DNA of 64,000 nucleotides. Source: Actinomycetota bacterium (GTDB taxonomy: Bacteria; Actinomycetota; Geothermincolia; Fen-727; Anoxymicrobiaceae). Every line of letters begins with the position of its first letter. The stretch's first letter is position 1. The notes beneath the pieces were generated by a model. The model searched no databases. It was not told the origin of the DNA and was given only the letters and a program-made list of their open reading frames with translations. Made by a program: the position numbers and the translations under genes. This document shows positions 63,501-64,000 of this stretch, piece by piece. Location of the stretch: positions 11,492 through 75,491 of the forward strand of contig JAHIMR010000040.1 in NCBI GenBank assembly GCA_018896525.1, in the 5' to 3' direction.

Positions 63501-64000
63501 CTCAACCAGCTTTACTTGGTTTTCCTGCTTGTCGTAGATGAATACTCTCTCGTCCCTCCGAAGCGAGCCCCTGGCGCCGGCGAGCTGGTTGAATTCGAAG
63601 ATGAGCATCTCCGCCAGTTGCCGGATCCTCTTATAGGGCAGCCCCACCAGGAATGGGGCGAAGAACACGTTAACCGCCTCCCAACCGATTGCTCCCGCGT
63701 AATATGATTGCAGTGTGGAGGCCATCTTGACCATGTGGCCAATCAGCACATCCGGGTGGCGTGCCGGGCTTGATGTGCTGGTGATGTTGGGCAGGCGCAA
63801 CCCGAACTTCTTGACGTACTCCAGGCTGTGCCCTCCGCAATATGGCCGGACACAGAACCCCAGGTCATGCAGGTGTATGTCGCCCTCATAGTGGGCACGG
63901 GCTATATCATCGGAGAATATCCGCTGAAGCGCGTACTGCTTGAGTACCGTCTCGGCTATTGTCAGGTTTATCGACTCGGGATTATGGGTGGTGTTGCTGT
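60483..64000 (-). CDS. nrdD: Anaerobic ribonucleoside-triphosphate reductase NrdD (class III, glycyl-radical enzyme) interrupted by an intein. The 5' end runs off the window.
   Basis: The reading frame is open to nt 64000 (upstream translation ...HYEGDIHLHDLGFCVRPYCGGHSLEYVKKFGL...). C-terminus C4 zinc site CNACS...CPLCG and glycyl-radical motif TRIVGYYSK. The extein total is about 600 aa, which fits NrdD. Confidence 0.85.
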   Translation of the reverse strand, partial: SNTTHNPESINLTIAETVLKQYALQRIFSDDIARAHYEGDIHLHDLGFCVRPYCGGHSLEYVKKFGLRLPNITSTSSPARHPDVLIGHMVKMASTLQSYYAGAIGWEAVNVFFAPFLVGLPYKRIRQLAEMLIFEFNQLAGARGSLRRDERVFIYDKQENQVKLVEIGEFADSFIQREGEATAPVEDDRYYAFSFDHDTGQTCLSRIYAAIRHENNHRIVNLKTSQGQNVKVTDNHSLFKFDEDGRIVKAQPKENPDVVLVPNNIGIDLGREEIDVLALLDRREVALEDGLVFVVEKARSKLGVDRLLKITPELTRLIGYYVAEGSLGSQVQLAIFHEQTARDVEDCVRAVFGVPCHHRDGSCFFGGKTHVALFEALCGKRAENKRVPAEILLGDGGRAVEFLSAYLSGDGWVSGNRIGCSTVSETLASHVWLMFSQLGCMPSMRKEEIENDLEIKGVAVAETKTRHVITIGKTAMDKVRFVHREKEGKRLAAIRKPGKRYDQKGYSYHHIREQVKSVFGDRISVKALNKVSPQTIKELSAEVSRRLSTVDMELLKNLHDEDLVGVCKEYVLGNKELCYSTSYGLLRQLERGEVPVHSTHIRTDEVLKGTCHEQVEMKEVMDALSIPRAINPGSGINHSQSFFDSRQLDSNLNMLKHGLGLALHQNQEMAALRDSLERATNLLPATVTGIEPIENDEFVYDIGVEKTENFLTAEGIFAHNSQVVFTDFNLYWNVPRHLKDAPAIGPGGEPTGKPYSEYEKEAQSFLKALFEIYMEGDAMGKTFVFPKPLLHINDDFFKTEGWEEFLDLACEVASKQGITYFVYDRGDEITVSQCCRLKLRLDEVDLQEALTPEKMRFTAMQNITLNLPRIAYRAHGSEEMLFSEIEKTMEMVARAHLQKKKFILSLMELGRDGPVSLLTMEHDGETYLRLNRLTYLVGLLGLNEMVQHHTGEQLHQSSDSLRFGLKVVAHMSLVCERLSEKYGISMVLEESPAESSGYRLAKLDMKYFPSQAREVVKGDIEIDNYYYTNSVHMAYDAPIDYIDRVKKQSLFHPLIKAGAIIHIWLGEHEPPPASIRKFVVKTFEETNAAQIAFSPEFTVCNACSRTSRGLSEECPLCGSKDTYGVTRIVGYYSKISTWNKGKLGELNERKRTSLIGGKLDGTQGVREGRLS
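61839..63566 (-). mobile_element. Intein (576 aa) with a LAGLIDADG homing-endonuclease domain, inserted in nrdD. The N-terminal nucleophile is Ser and the C-terminus is ...FAHN followed by Ser +1.
   Basis: Block A SLRRDERVFIYDKQENQVKLVEIGEF; block B VKVTDNHSLF; LAGLIDADG 1 LIGYYVAEGSLG; LAGLIDADG 2 LSAYLSGDGWVS; blocks F/G VYDIGVEKTENFLTAEGIFAHN|S. Boundaries inferred from these motifs. Confidence 0.8.

Overview
This is a 64 kb chromosomal segment from a high-GC (~60-65%) Gram-positive-type bacterium, with about 90% coding density and almost all housekeeping genes on the + strand. The gene order mixes Firmicute-like synteny (comEA-comEC-holA-rpsT-lepA, mtaB...yqeY-phoH-yqfF-ybeY, pgeF-yggS-sepF-divIVA, recA-recX-rny...miaB) with clearly actinobacterial signatures. 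Those signatures are hrcA-dnaJ without grpE-dnaK, a GarA/OdhI-like FHA regulator followed by a MerR regulator and a DUF151 nuclease as at Rv1827-1829, and no mutS/mutL next to miaB. That points to a deep-branching Actinobacteria-like (or high-GC Clostridia-like) lineage. Genes called (those without gene symbols are described by product):
- leuS, comEA, comEC, holA, rpsT (- strand), lepA, hrcA with a perfect CIRCE operator, and dnaJ.
- An MtaB-like methylthiotransferase, a HIT protein, a YqeY/GatB-domain protein, phoH, a 7TM-HD protein, ybeY and corC.
- pgeF, acyP, yggS, sepF, proC, divIVA, a DUF167 protein, ligT, recA, recX, rny, miaB, pncA, pncB, and a lipoate ligase-like gene.
- The GarA-like FHA gene with merR, mgtE, an Nramp transporter, a D,D-carboxypeptidase, and the DUF151 nuclease.
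- An RCK K+ channel, an RlpA-like protein, an MBL hydrolase, and an FAD oxidoreductase.
- A - strand operon of an AcsE/MtrH-like pterin methyltransferase with two paralogous membrane proteins.
- An acyl-CoA synthetase, an Lrp-domain protein, and an FtsX-type permease followed by a 553-aa exported protein.
- A - strand nrdD (with intein)-glutaredoxin-dut cluster.
The most striking things read directly from the sequence are:
1. A family of ~165-bp palindromic MITE/REP-BIME-like elements with 21-bp terminal inverted repeats. They sit at 13 intergenic loci, often in tandem or nested arrays, and several supply the Shine-Dalgarno of the next gene.
2. A second, mosaic repeat family with four copies. 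Two of them are ~180-bp direct repeats that bracket the FtsX-permease/exported-protein cassette; each carries a perfect 12-bp hairpin terminator.
3. A ~110-nt element conserved upstream of yggS and of the Nramp gene. It has a 9-bp stem that shows a compensatory base-pair change between the two copies.
4. A Ser-initiated, LAGLIDADG-containing intein of 576 aa inside NrdD.
5. An orphan MutL-N-terminal-like GHKL ATPase in an operon with a membrane-anchored protein, flanked on both sides by MITE clusters. This is the best candidate here for an undescribed system.
All calls come from reading the translations and the DNA; no database search was possible.
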